A DNA stretch of 64,000 bases from Ignisphaera sp. (GTDB taxonomy: Archaea; Thermoproteota; Thermoprotei_A; Sulfolobales; Ignisphaeraceae), in assembly GCA_038831005.1 (NCBI GenBank), contig JAWBKZ010000005.1, positions 152,146 through 216,145 on the forward strand, given 5' to 3'. A program made the translations under genes and the position numbers. The notes beneath the pieces are model-generated. The model saw only the letters and a program-made list of their open reading frames with translations. It searched no databases and was not told the DNA's origin. Shown here one piece after another: positions 19,330 to 28,658 of this stretch (positions within the stretch are counted from its first letter, which is position 1; each line of letters opens with the position of its first letter).

Positions 19330-19375
19330 TGAATTTCGAGCTATCTGAGTAAATGATGTTGGACACCCTAGCTGA
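19326..19375 (+). ncRNA. C/D box sRNA embedded between the kinase gene and ecfA
   Basis: C box ATGATGA (19326-19332, containing the kinase TGA stop), guide ATTTCGAGCTAT (12 nt), D' box CTGA (19345-19348), spacer GTAA, C' box ATGATGT (19353-19359, the ATGATG of the annotated ecfA start), guide TGGACACCCTAG (12 nt), D box CTGA (19372-19375). Confidence 0.65.
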
Positions 19376-20252
19376 TTGGGCGACAGATATGGATAAAGAG
19401 GATTATCGTGATTCTTGTAGACATGGAGCTGTTCTAAAGGCTGAAGATGTATGGTTTAGATACGAAGATAGATATGTTTTAAGAAATGTATCTCTAGATA
19501 TAGATCAAGGAGAGATAGTTATAGTTATGGGTCCCAATGGTGCTGGAAAGTCTACTCTACTAAAGATTTTTTCTGGGATACTTAGACCCGAAAAAGGTGA
19601 TGTATATGTATGTGGCTACAACACTAAGAACGTTTCTGAAGGATTTCTAGCTAAATTTATAGGCTATATTCATCAAAATCCATGGTTCCATATATTTAAT
19701 CCAAAGGTTATAGACGAAATAACTTTTACAGCTAGAAATCTGGGTATGGATATACAACATATCGAGAAAAACGTTCTCGATATAGCTACTAGACTCGATA
19801 TAGTGGATCTACTAGATAGATCTCCATTCACATTAAGCGAGGGAGAGGTACGAAGAGTCGTTATAGCATCTGCTCTTGTACACAATCCCGCTGCATTACT
19901 TCTAGACGAACCTACTGCAGGTCTTGATTATATACTGAAGAAGAATTTCATAGATATGATTAAGAGGATCAATAATCATTACAGAACAACAGTAGTGATA
20001 TCTACACATGATTTAGATCTACTTACCCTAATACCGAGCTCTAGACTTATTGTTCTAGCTAACGGTGAGATAATCTATGATGGATCAGTTAGAGAAGCTA
20101 TAGAATTTGTTGAAAATCTCTATAGATATGGTCTAGGGATTCCTGCTGAAATAGAGCTATCAAAAAGACTTGGTATAGATTTTGAAGAACTACAGACATT
20201 TGTAGACATTTTACTGCATATGGATAAACTTCGGGATGTGATTTGTCATTAA
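19353..20252 (+). CDS. ECF/cobalt-type ABC transporter ATPase (EcfA/CbiO-like)
   Basis: Walker A GPNGAGKST, signature LSEGEVRR, Walker B LLLDEPTAGLD. The true start is probably the ATG at 19389 (MDKEDY...), downstream of the sRNA. Confidence 0.85.
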   Translation: MMLDTLADWATDMDKEDYRDSCRHGAVLKAEDVWFRYEDRYVLRNVSLDIDQGEIVIVMGPNGAGKSTLLKIFSGILRPEKGDVYVCGYNTKNVSEGFLAKFIGYIHQNPWFHIFNPKVIDEITFTARNLGMDIQHIEKNVLDIATRLDIVDLLDRSPFTLSEGEVRRVVIASALVHNPAALLLDEPTAGLDYILKKNFIDMIKRINNHYRTTVVISTHDLDLLTLIPSSRLIVLANGEIIYDGSVREAIEFVENLYRYGLGIPAEIELSKRLGIDFEELQTFVDILLHMDKLRDVICH

Positions 20253-21010
20253 CAAGTTTATATCTGAAGAATATTTCACGAGTATTTCTATATCGTCCAA
20301 ACGAGAAAAAAGTCTATGAACTTCATCCAGTCTCTAAGATTGTTTTTACAATATTTACCACAACTATAGCTATAGCCTCTAGACCAGAGCTGGTCTTAAC
20401 TACATTAGCAGTTCTTGTTCTACTATCTATTTTTCTGATTAATTGGAGAAATACTTTCTCCTTGGTGATTTCTGTATTCTTATTTATAGCACCTATGGTG
20501 TTTTTTGTACATATATACACAATTATTGGGAATCCTATCTATGTGGTTTTATCTACGGCTAGAAATGTTGGTGTTGCTATAGCTAGAGTAATGTCTATGG
20601 CGTTATCCTTCCACATACTTTTTGTCTCTACGAAACCACAGTCATTAGCAAGGGTTCTCAATAGAATAGGTATTCCCTATAAGTATAGCTATGGATTTAT
20701 TCTTGCATTGAGATTTGTATCAGTTATAGCTGGAGACCTCATAGAGATAGTATCTATACAAAAGATTAGGGGGTTGATATTCGAAAAGAACTTGCTCAAG
20801 AAATTGAGGAGCTATCTAGCTATATTTATACCGTTAACAATATCAACATTAATGAGGGTTGATGAAATCGCTATATCTCTTGAGGTTAAAGGCTTTGGAT
20901 ATACCAACAAAAGAACATACCTGTACACAGAAACCATAAAGATGCTTGATGTGCTTGTCATAACGTTATGTATATCTATAGCTATAGCTATTTTCTATCC
21001 CGGCATATGA
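20243..21010 (+). CDS. ECF transporter transmembrane (T) component, EcfT/CbiQ family
   Basis: 255 aa and polytopic, with the coupling-helix region ALRFVSVIAGDLIEIVSIQKIRG. It overlaps the upstream ATPase gene by 10 nt. Confidence 0.75.
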   Translation: MSLTSLYLKNISRVFLYRPNEKKVYELHPVSKIVFTIFTTTIAIASRPELVLTTLAVLVLLSIFLINWRNTFSLVISVFLFIAPMVFFVHIYTIIGNPIYVVLSTARNVGVAIARVMSMALSFHILFVSTKPQSLARVLNRIGIPYKYSYGFILALRFVSVIAGDLIEIVSIQKIRGLIFEKNLLKKLRSYLAIFIPLTISTLMRVDEIAISLEVKGFGYTNKRTYLYTETIKMLDVLVITLCISIAIAIFYPGI

Positions 21011-21827
21011 ATTTCTTCAAACAGTCTATTGCTTCTTCAACACTTTTAGCGCTTTTTCCAAATCCTCTACACATTTTGATATAGATAGGTTCTTTAATAC
21101 CGTAATCTTCAACTCTAACCCTGCTTAAAACATCTATAGGGTTACCATAAGCTACAACTCTTCTATTCAGTATAAGAAGTTTTGTAGCATAGCCTAACAC
21201 ATAGTCTAGATCGTGTTCTACAACAATTACTGTCACATTACTGTTTCTCCAATAGCTATATACATACTCATAAAATCTACGTTTAGATCCTGGATCCATA
21301 TAGGCGCAAGGCTCATCCAATAACAGTATCTGGGGCTCCATAGCTATTACAGAAGCTAAGACAACACGCTGAATTTGACCCATAGAGAGTTCGTGAACTA
21401 ATCTATTTCTGAGATTCTCTATATTAACAATATGTAAAGCTCTATCAATTCTTTTGCTAATCTCAATAGGCTCTAAGTTCATATTCTCAAGAGGAAAAGC
21501 TATCTCTTCTTCAACAGTTAGAGAAAAGATCTCGTTAATAGGATTCTGAAAAACAATACCAACTTTCCCCAAAAGCTTTCTGAAACCTTCTTTAAGAACA
21601 TCTACATCTAGAACCCTAACATAGCCAGAGACCTTAAGGTTTCTAAAAGCTTCAACAATACCTATAAAAATCTTTAGAAGAGTAGATTTGCCACCACCAC
21701 TAGGTCCTGAAACTATAACAAAATCTCCACAAGATATATCTATAGATACATCATCCAGTATTTTGAGACCTTCAGTATTCTCGACACTCAGAGATCTAGT
21801 TTCTATACATACAGACATATACATCAC
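20988..21827 (-). CDS. second ECF/cobalt-type ABC ATPase (EcfA'-like), encoded convergently
   Basis: Walker A GPSGGGKST, signature LSMGQIQR, Walker B LLLDEPCAYMD. Its 3' end overlaps the 3' end of ecfT by 23 nt on the opposite strand. Confidence 0.85.
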   Translation of the reverse strand: MMYMSVCIETRSLSVENTEGLKILDDVSIDISCGDFVIVSGPSGGGKSTLLKIFIGIVEAFRNLKVSGYVRVLDVDVLKEGFRKLLGKVGIVFQNPINEIFSLTVEEEIAFPLENMNLEPIEISKRIDRALHIVNIENLRNRLVHELSMGQIQRVVLASVIAMEPQILLLDEPCAYMDPGSKRRFYEYVYSYWRNSNVTVIVVEHDLDYVLGYATKLLILNRRVVAYGNPIDVLSRVRVEDYGIKEPIYIKMCRGFGKSAKSVEEAIDCLKKFICRDRK

Positions 21828-21959
21828 TATCTCTGTATATTACCGATATAATTGATTCTATAAATTGTTATAAAGTTTAGCTAGGTATACTCAGTATAAC
21901 TTAGTTATACTCGATAAAACTACAAACCTATTAGGTTTAATACACTTATACTCACTTGG

Positions 21960-22190
21960 GTGAGAGATATGAAGTTAGAGCTAATTGTGAAACACACTAT
22001 AGAGGGTTTGAAAAAAGTCTTCAATATATACGGAAGAACAACTGAATCAGCTACTAGACTTCAAGAAAAATACGAACAAGACGATAACTATGAAGAAACC
22101 CACATAGTAAATAGAAACAGTACAATAAGATGTGTTTTCGAATTAAACCAGATAATATGCTATGACACAGTAACGGGAAAGGTATACTAA
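21960..22190 (+). CDS. hypothetical small protein
   Basis: 76-aa ORF (probable ATG at 21969) in a 450-nt gap. There is no recognisable motif and coding status is uncertain. Confidence 0.2.
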   Translation: MRDMKLELIVKHTIEGLKKVFNIYGRTTESATRLQEKYEQDDNYEETHIVNRNSTIRCVFELNQIICYDTVTGKVY

Positions 22191-22276
22191 GGGTATTTTA
22201 GTCATCTGAAACACATATTCGCAGTTAACTACATATAACATTTTAAAGAAAGTTTTATAAATTAGCTACTTTCAGC

Positions 22277-22954
22277 TTACGACACTTTTATTGTTAATCC
22301 AGGTATAGATACCTTTTTCTCTATTCTAGTCACGATTTCGCTTAAGATCATGGATACAGCTGTATAGAACAATGCTATGACTATATAGATCTGCATATAC
22401 GCGAAGGTTTTTGATGCAATCCATTTAGCTGTATAGATAAGTTCTGGTAGAGCCACAAAATAAGCTATAGAACTAAACTTTAGAAGATATATCAGCTCAT
22501 TTGTTAATGATGGTATCGCTATTCTTAGAGCTTGAGGAATCACTACATTAATGACTGTACTAAAAGAACTCAATCCAAGCGAATATGCAGCTTCCCACTG
22601 TTCCCTAGGTATAGAGTTTATTGCCGTTCGCAGATATTCTGATTGGTATGCCGCAGAATTTAATCCTAATGCTATTAATGAAGCTGTAAATGAATCCAAC
22701 TTAATTCCTAAAACAGGTAGCGTATAGTATACAAAGAATAGCTGTACAATCATCGGAGTACCTCTAACAATCTCGATAAATAATGTTAAAAGGGATCTAA
22801 ATGGTTTAGCTATAGAGCTTCTTAGAACGGCTATAATTATACCTCCTACAAAGCCTATAGAGAATGACAGAAATGTTAACTCTAAAGTCAATATAAAGGC
22901 TAATACTAAATCTATACCGTATTTAGAAAATATATCAAGTAATTCACTTATCAT
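22277..22954 (-). CDS. polar amino-acid ABC transporter permease
   Basis: 225 aa of the HisM/GlnP type, with an EAA-like loop (EAAYSLGLSSFSTVINVVIPQA). Confidence 0.85.
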   Translation of the reverse strand: MISELLDIFSKYGIDLVLAFILTLELTFLSFSIGFVGGIIIAVLRSSIAKPFRSLLTLFIEIVRGTPMIVQLFFVYYTLPVLGIKLDSFTASLIALGLNSAAYQSEYLRTAINSIPREQWEAAYSLGLSSFSTVINVVIPQALRIAIPSLTNELIYLLKFSSIAYFVALPELIYTAKWIASKTFAYMQIYIVIALFYTAVSMILSEIVTRIEKKVSIPGLTIKVS

Positions 22955-23715
22955 TTGTATCTCCTATCAATTCTGTAGAGCTCCATAAGTTTTGAAACGA
23001 AAATCTTTGTTCTCTCTTTTTCTGGAGCCAACAATATTCTTTCAGGAGGACCTTTCTCGACAATTCTTCCATCCTCCATAAATATAACTTCATCTGCAAC
23101 TCTCATAGCGAATCCAAGTTCATGAGTAACTATAATCATAGTCATTTTCTTTTCTGATAACTTCTCAAGAACGTTGAGTACTTCTACCGTTAGCTCCGGA
23201 TCTAGAGCTGATGTAGGTTCATCTAGTAGAAGAAGCTTAGGAGACATAGCTATTGCTCGTGCGATAGCAACTCTTTGTTGTTGTCCTCCAGAAAGTTGTG
23301 CTGGATACTTCTTCCAAAGATCTTCTGTTATACCTACAGAAATCAGAGCCTCTTCAGCGATTTTTCGAGCCATGGATTTATCCATTTTCTTAACCTTTAC
23401 AAGTCCGAGCATAACATTATCAATAGCGGTTAGATGAGTGAAAAGGTTGTAGCTTTGAAAAACAAAACCTATTTCTTGTCTAACTCTATGTATATTGATT
23501 TTTCCTCTCGTTATATCCATACCATTAAATAATATTGTACCCTTATCAGGTTTTATTAGAAGATTTAGACATCTAAGAAGCGTTGATTTGCCTGATCCAG
23601 AAGGCCCTATAATGACAACTGTTTTACCTTCTTCTACCTCTAGATCTACACCCTTAAGCACGTGTTGTTTACCGAAATACTTATGGATATTTATAGCCTT
23701 CAGTAAAACATTCAT
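22951..23715 (-). CDS. polar amino-acid ABC transporter ATPase
   Basis: Walker A GPSGSGKST, signature LSGGQQQRVAIARA, Walker B LLLDEPTSALD. Confidence 0.9.
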   Translation of the reverse strand: MNVLLKAINIHKYFGKQHVLKGVDLEVEEGKTVVIIGPSGSGKSTLLRCLNLLIKPDKGTILFNGMDITRGKINIHRVRQEIGFVFQSYNLFTHLTAIDNVMLGLVKVKKMDKSMARKIAEEALISVGITEDLWKKYPAQLSGGQQQRVAIARAIAMSPKLLLLDEPTSALDPELTVEVLNVLEKLSEKKMTMIIVTHELGFAMRVADEVIFMEDGRIVEKGPPERILLAPEKERTKIFVSKLMELYRIDRRYK

Positions 23716-24365
23716 AGAGGAGCACCATAGCCTAGAGAACCGATCCTCTTATGAATTAAATTAGATACAAATGATATCGTATAACATATTATTAAATAGA
23801 GAATAGCTACTGAAGCTAAAGGTATAACGTATTCCATTCTAGCATTAGCGATATTGATGGAAACAGTAAACATTTCTACAACACCTATAGCGTAAGCTAT
23901 TGAAGAGTCCTTCAGAAGAATAGTAAATTCGTTAAGTAACGCTGGAATAGATAAAACTATCACTTGAGGAAGTATAATGTATCTAAATGATTTCCATCTA
24001 TCTAGACCTATAGAGAGTGCAGCTTCTAGCTGTCTAGCTGCTATAGCTTCTATTATACCTCGAAAGATTTGGGATTGATAAGAAAAGCTTATAATGCCTA
24101 GACCTATTATAGCTGAAGCTATATTGTTCAGCTTTAGACCATAGAAAACTATGAAGAGCATCAATATAGGTGGAATACTACGTATAGTCTTGTTAACATA
24201 GTCTATAACTTTACTGTATACACCACCTATGAATACTTGCACAAAAGCTATTAAAGTTCCTAGAAAGAGTCCTAAAGAAAATCCACCAACTGAAAGTACA
24301 AATGTATTCAAAAAACCTCTCAATAGAATTAATAACAATGTTTGAAAAAATTCCTCAAAACTCAT
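23712..24365 (-). CDS. polar amino-acid ABC transporter permease
   Basis: 217 aa with the EAA loop EAALSIGLDRWKSFRYIILPQ. It overlaps the next gene by 4 nt. Confidence 0.85.
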   Translation of the reverse strand: MSFEEFFQTLLLILLRGFLNTFVLSVGGFSLGLFLGTLIAFVQVFIGGVYSKVIDYVNKTIRSIPPILMLFIVFYGLKLNNIASAIIGLGIISFSYQSQIFRGIIEAIAARQLEAALSIGLDRWKSFRYIILPQVIVLSIPALLNEFTILLKDSSIAYAIGVVEMFTVSINIANARMEYVIPLASVAILYLIICYTISFVSNLIHKRIGSLGYGAPL

Positions 24366-24370
24366 TTTGA

Positions 24371-25144
24371 TTAGCCTAAGTATTTAGCTATTATTTGATC
24401 CCATTCATTGCTATTAAGAATATCATTCAATACCTTATTTATCTGATCCAAAAGCTCTCTATTACCTTCTCTTACAGCTATACCGTACCTCTCATTTGTT
24501 GGTATTACACATGATATCTCTATGCTGTATCTTTTCTCAAGAGCTCTAGCTACAGGAGAATCTACTACTACTGCATCAACTCTACCATTAATGAGATCTT
24601 GTACTGCTAATGTGTATGATGTATACCTCTTTATCTCTATCCTATAGCCTTGCTTCACGAGATTATCCAAAAGCTCTGCTGCTGTAGTACCGCTTTGAAC
24701 TCCTACAATATAATTATCTAAATCTTCTAAGGATTGAGGTCTATAGGAAGAACCTCTAAAAACTATTATTGCTTGATCAGCTTCCCAATAAGGTATACTG
24801 AAGTCAACTCTCTTTTCTCTTTCCTCGGTTATAGTCATACCAGATATAACTATATCTACATGTCCTTGTTCTAGAGCAGGTATGAGTCCATCAAAATCCA
24901 TACTCACTATCTCTACACTGTATCCAAGTCTATTAGCTACAGCCTTAATAAGATCTATATCTATACCTACGACCTCGTTTGTTTTTTCATCAATATACTC
25001 AAAAGGTGGGAAATCAGGTGAGGTACCTATTCTTAAAATCTTGGGCTTTGGTGATAATGAAAGGAAGTAACTATATGCAAGATATATAGCCATAACTGAA
25101 ACTACAACGACAGCTACTACAAGTATATAAATCCAAGCTCTCAT
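24371..25144 (-). CDS. polar amino-acid ABC transporter substrate-binding protein
   Basis: An N-terminal TM/signal anchor followed by the family 3 SBP pattern (GTSPDFPPFEY, GIDIDL, DIVISGMTIT, RVDF). Confidence 0.85.
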   Translation of the reverse strand: MRAWIYILVVAVVVVSVMAIYLAYSYFLSLSPKPKILRIGTSPDFPPFEYIDEKTNEVVGIDIDLIKAVANRLGYSVEIVSMDFDGLIPALEQGHVDIVISGMTITEEREKRVDFSIPYWEADQAIIVFRGSSYRPQSLEDLDNYIVGVQSGTTAAELLDNLVKQGYRIEIKRYTSYTLAVQDLINGRVDAVVVDSPVARALEKRYSIEISCVIPTNERYGIAVREGNRELLDQINKVLNDILNSNEWDQIIAKYLG

Positions 25145-25383
25145 ATCTAGAGCCCATTTAGTTTGACTAGTTACTGATATAAAAATATTATTAAGTTACA
25201 TGATATTTTAATAAAATGTTAGAACTCTAATAAGGATCATTAGAGATACTATGTGTCAGCAACAGCGTTCCCAATTATGATTTACTAAAGGCTAACTTCA
25301 TCATTCTATATAGTTCATTTTAAACAATCTATGTAATTTATTCCATCCTTCTATTCATAGCCTTAATTGAGGAACCCATATAG

Positions 25384-25683
25384 CTAACCGGTTTCGTTTA
25401 ATTTCAATAATTTTTCTGTCACTATTATCATATGTTCTGAGATGTTGATCAAGTATTCACCTCTATATGCATATGCAACAATGCTGGAATGCATATCGAA
25501 TATCTTTTCCACACAAGATATATCAGCAACACATTCTATTGGATCTATGTAGAGAAAGTTCTCGATCCAAGTTAAAGCAAACTTGAGTATAGCTTCGTCT
25601 TGTTCACCACAAAGTACATTAAATCTACTACATAACATATCTGCTACATTAAGAAGATCCCTCAGATTGTCTGTATACACCAT
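25384..25683 (-). CDS. hypothetical protein
   Basis: 99-aa ORF that is Cys-rich (5 Cys), with no recognisable family. Confidence 0.25.
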   Translation of the reverse strand: MVYTDNLRDLLNVADMLCSRFNVLCGEQDEAILKFALTWIENFLYIDPIECVADISCVEKIFDMHSSIVAYAYRGEYLINISEHMIIVTEKLLKLNETG

Positions 25684-26090
25684 ATGCCTCTCATCCTCAA
25701 CATGTCCAACACATCATGAACATCTTGTAATATTCACACAATCTATAGACCTCTGTATTACTCAATACTTCTCATATATAAACCTTTTCATACATAGTTA
25801 TGCATAGATTTCATTAAGTTATTTAGTCAGTAGACAATCTACTACATATATTGATTACTTGATTACATTGTTATTTGTTCCTTATACATTAGATGCTATA
25901 ACTATTTGGCCACTTCCTGCAAATACTCTTTCTATAATCATTATCGACGTGGTATTAACTATTTAAATAGATTAAATAGTTAAAATATAGTATTATCGGG
26001 AAATTCTTCAAGATCTAATCAAGTCTTTAGTATATGTTTAAAGAATAGACTTATTTAGTTCAATAATATCGTTAATCCAGGTGACCACCT

Positions 26091-26514
26091 ATGCCACGCA
26101 TAGCTGTTGTGGCTACAAGACTTGGAACTATTGTTGACCCCATGGTCAAATTCGCGGAAGAAAACGCAAAAAACTATGGATTCGAAATAAGCGGAATATA
26201 CAGGGTGGCGAGTCTCCTTGGAATACCCATACTAGTTAAAAGGATTCTAGAAAGAGATAGAGATAACATCGAGTATTGTGGTTATCGGTGCCATAGTTAA
26301 AGGAACACAACTAGATGAATATGTATTCAATCAAGTAATCAGTAAACTCTTAGATCTGTCTATTGAGTATGAGAAGCCCATAGGGTTCAGTATTTCTGCT
26401 CCAGGAATCTACTGGAATAATAGGCTTATGGAGGCAGGTAGTGAAGCATATGCAAGTATATCTCTAGAAGAGATAAAGAAGGTCTTAGAAGCATTGAAAA
26501 TGTATGGAAAATAG
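26091..26514 (+). pseudogene. lumazine synthase/riboflavin synthase-fold (DMRL synthase family)-like gene, frameshifted
   Basis: Two overlapping ORFs (26091-26300 and 26278-26514) join into one protein of about 145 aa (RIAVVATRLG...PILVKRILE...IEY|VVVIGAIVKG...) if one T is removed near 26274-26277. Confidence 0.35.
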
Positions 26515-26770
26515 AAATTAAATAATGAAGACTATTTATGTATCGCGCTTAACATGGCTCGTGAACGTGGATACTATATAACGTATGCTCTAGATATAGA
26601 TGATTTTTATTAGATGCCTCTCCTCACATACTACACCTCGTACTTCAGTAGCATATGCATTATGACCAATTATTATATGCTACAACAAAAGTTTTAGCTT
26701 TTCCATCAATACTAATTCGTTTTTCAAGTTTCTTTAATTCTGAAACTAGATAAAAAGTATAGGATGTGTT

Positions 26771-27742
26771 ATGTATTTCGTGAACAGTATTGATGTATCT
26801 ATGCGTATTGAAGATATTCGTAAGTATAGCTATGAATTGCCACTAGCCCTTTTTGGTAAAGATGTTCAGGAAGTTGTTGTAGAGGTTGTAGATCCCTATA
26901 GATGGAGATTACTGTTGTACGATACAGAAGGTAATCTCCATTCTATTACCTCAGGTAGTTTTATAAAGATATATCGCCCTATATCTCTGTATAGAGTTTG
27001 TTCTGGGGATATAGTTGTTTCATTTATTCACGATCCTCTAGAGAATTTAATGTATCTGTATAGAAAGGATGTTTTCTGCATGGCTAGAGTTAGTAATGGT
27101 TTTTGCTCACTTCATAAGGGATCTAACTACAGTAAGTATCTTTCTTATGTATTTGGATTAAGCAACACTAAACCTGATGTAGGTTTGGCTCAAGTTCCAC
27201 ATATGGTGTATATTTTATCTCTTGGTGGATCTAATGTCAAGGTAGGTATAGCTAATGCTATGAAGAACCTTAATAGGATTTTTGAACAAATATTTGTATA
27301 TGCCACACCAGTAGCTTTTGTTGAAGATGTGGCTAGAGCTAGAGAGATTGAGAAGACGTTAGCTGGTAGTAAAATAAGGGATAGAGTTAGAGTATCTGAA
27401 AGAATTGAACAGATAAAGAATGTAAATATGTATAATTTAGAGACCCACCTAACACAATTCGTATTGACGTTTGTCCGCCAAATAAAGCCTCTACTTATTT
27501 CTAGAAAGATCGTCAACAAAGACAAACCTTTACCTGTTATTAGGTTTAGCGATAAGTATTTCGAGAACATAGCAAAAACATATATAGTTCATGAGGAAAC
27601 TAGATTAAATAGCATTGAAGGATACGCAGAAGTTATAGAATATTTGCTTGGAGGTATCACAATTTCTATAAATAATCGTAGACTCTTTATTCCCTATCAC
27701 TTCATCAGGGATAAAGCATTGAATATAGAGATAGTGAAGTAA
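26771..27742 (+). CDS. hypothetical protein, DUF2797-like core
   Basis: 323 aa. The central HMVYILSLGGSNVKVGIANAMKNLNRIFEQ...ARAREIEKTL resembles the (V/I)YL..G.(I/V)KVGIT...R..eQG...AR.IE pattern I associate with DUF2797 and T5orf172-like modules. Confidence 0.4.
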   Translation: MYFVNSIDVSMRIEDIRKYSYELPLALFGKDVQEVVVEVVDPYRWRLLLYDTEGNLHSITSGSFIKIYRPISLYRVCSGDIVVSFIHDPLENLMYLYRKDVFCMARVSNGFCSLHKGSNYSKYLSYVFGLSNTKPDVGLAQVPHMVYILSLGGSNVKVGIANAMKNLNRIFEQIFVYATPVAFVEDVARAREIEKTLAGSKIRDRVRVSERIEQIKNVNMYNLETHLTQFVLTFVRQIKPLLISRKIVNKDKPLPVIRFSDKYFENIAKTYIVHEETRLNSIEGYAEVIEYLLGGITISINNRRLFIPYHFIRDKALNIEIVK

Positions 27743-27835
27743 TGAAGAAATGAGAAGCACGTTAAGTAGAGTGAATTACAACAAATTATATCAATAGAAA
27801 TATCTACCCATAGTTAGACAATTAATTAAAAAGTC

Positions 27836-28273
27836 TTAATCAACAGTATTATCCTTCAGAATCTTTCTGACTTTAGATAATGATATATTGAGTTCTTCAG
27901 CTATTCTTTTAAGTGAGTAACCCTTTTTGCGAAGATCTATTACCTTCAACACAATATCGTCTTCCTCTTGAGTGGTAGTGTCAAGAGAAGACAATTTCTT
28001 GTCTATAAATTCTATCTTTTCTTCTAAACTATGTATCTGGTTTTCCACTATATCAATCTTTTCCTTATACTTCTCCACATATTCTTTCAAATTGGCTAAC
28101 TCTATACGTAACTCTTCTACCTTATCTATACACTTTCTTTCTGCGCTAAACATGTCCAGTCTATTCTTAACATATCCGATATGTCGTCGAACAATACCAC
28201 GTTTAGTAGCTACATAGAAGGCTATAGGAGCTGATACAGCAACAGCTGTAACTATCATAATATTCATAGCCAT
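27836..28273 (-). CDS. membrane-anchored coiled-coil protein with C-terminal helix-turn-helix
   Basis: An N-terminal TM helix (IMIVTAVAVSAPIAFYVA), a heptad-rich middle region and a C-terminal resolvase/sigma-r4-like HTH (GYSLKRIAEELNISLSKVRKIL). Confidence 0.45.
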   Translation of the reverse strand: MAMNIMIVTAVAVSAPIAFYVATKRGIVRRHIGYVKNRLDMFSAERKCIDKVEELRIELANLKEYVEKYKEKIDIVENQIHSLEEKIEFIDKKLSSLDTTTQEEDDIVLKVIDLRKKGYSLKRIAEELNISLSKVRKILKDNTVD

Positions 28274-28658
28274 ATGTTCTCACCATAGATACATATAGTG
28301 CACTACTACTATAATACTGTATCTTTAGATATAGATAAAGTAGGAGAGTCTTTAGCGCATCGAGCTAAACACATCGATACATAAATCTCGTATCCTAGAA
28401 TGTAGATACACAGCGTTAATGTCTAATCACTTATCGACTCACTCTCTAGCTTTACCCACAATATTTACATCAATTATTCGATCTTGTGACCAACTTATGA
28501 CCAGGGCTTCGCTAATCTGGTTCAAGTATTCCTTTAGTTGAATTAAAATATATGGATTAAAGCTAGGGCATGCTATTTAAAATGAAGCTTAATCAACTAG
28601 GACGAGACATTTAGTAAAGCTTATAATGTTTTCTTATTAATTAATTCGTGAGTTTACA

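Noticed and set aside
25959-25979. Palindrome CTATTTAAATAG followed by ATTAAATAG upstream of the lumazine-synthase-like gene
   Set aside because: Pure A/T palindromes of this size are common in this composition and double as generic TATA-like elements. Nothing distinguishes it from background.
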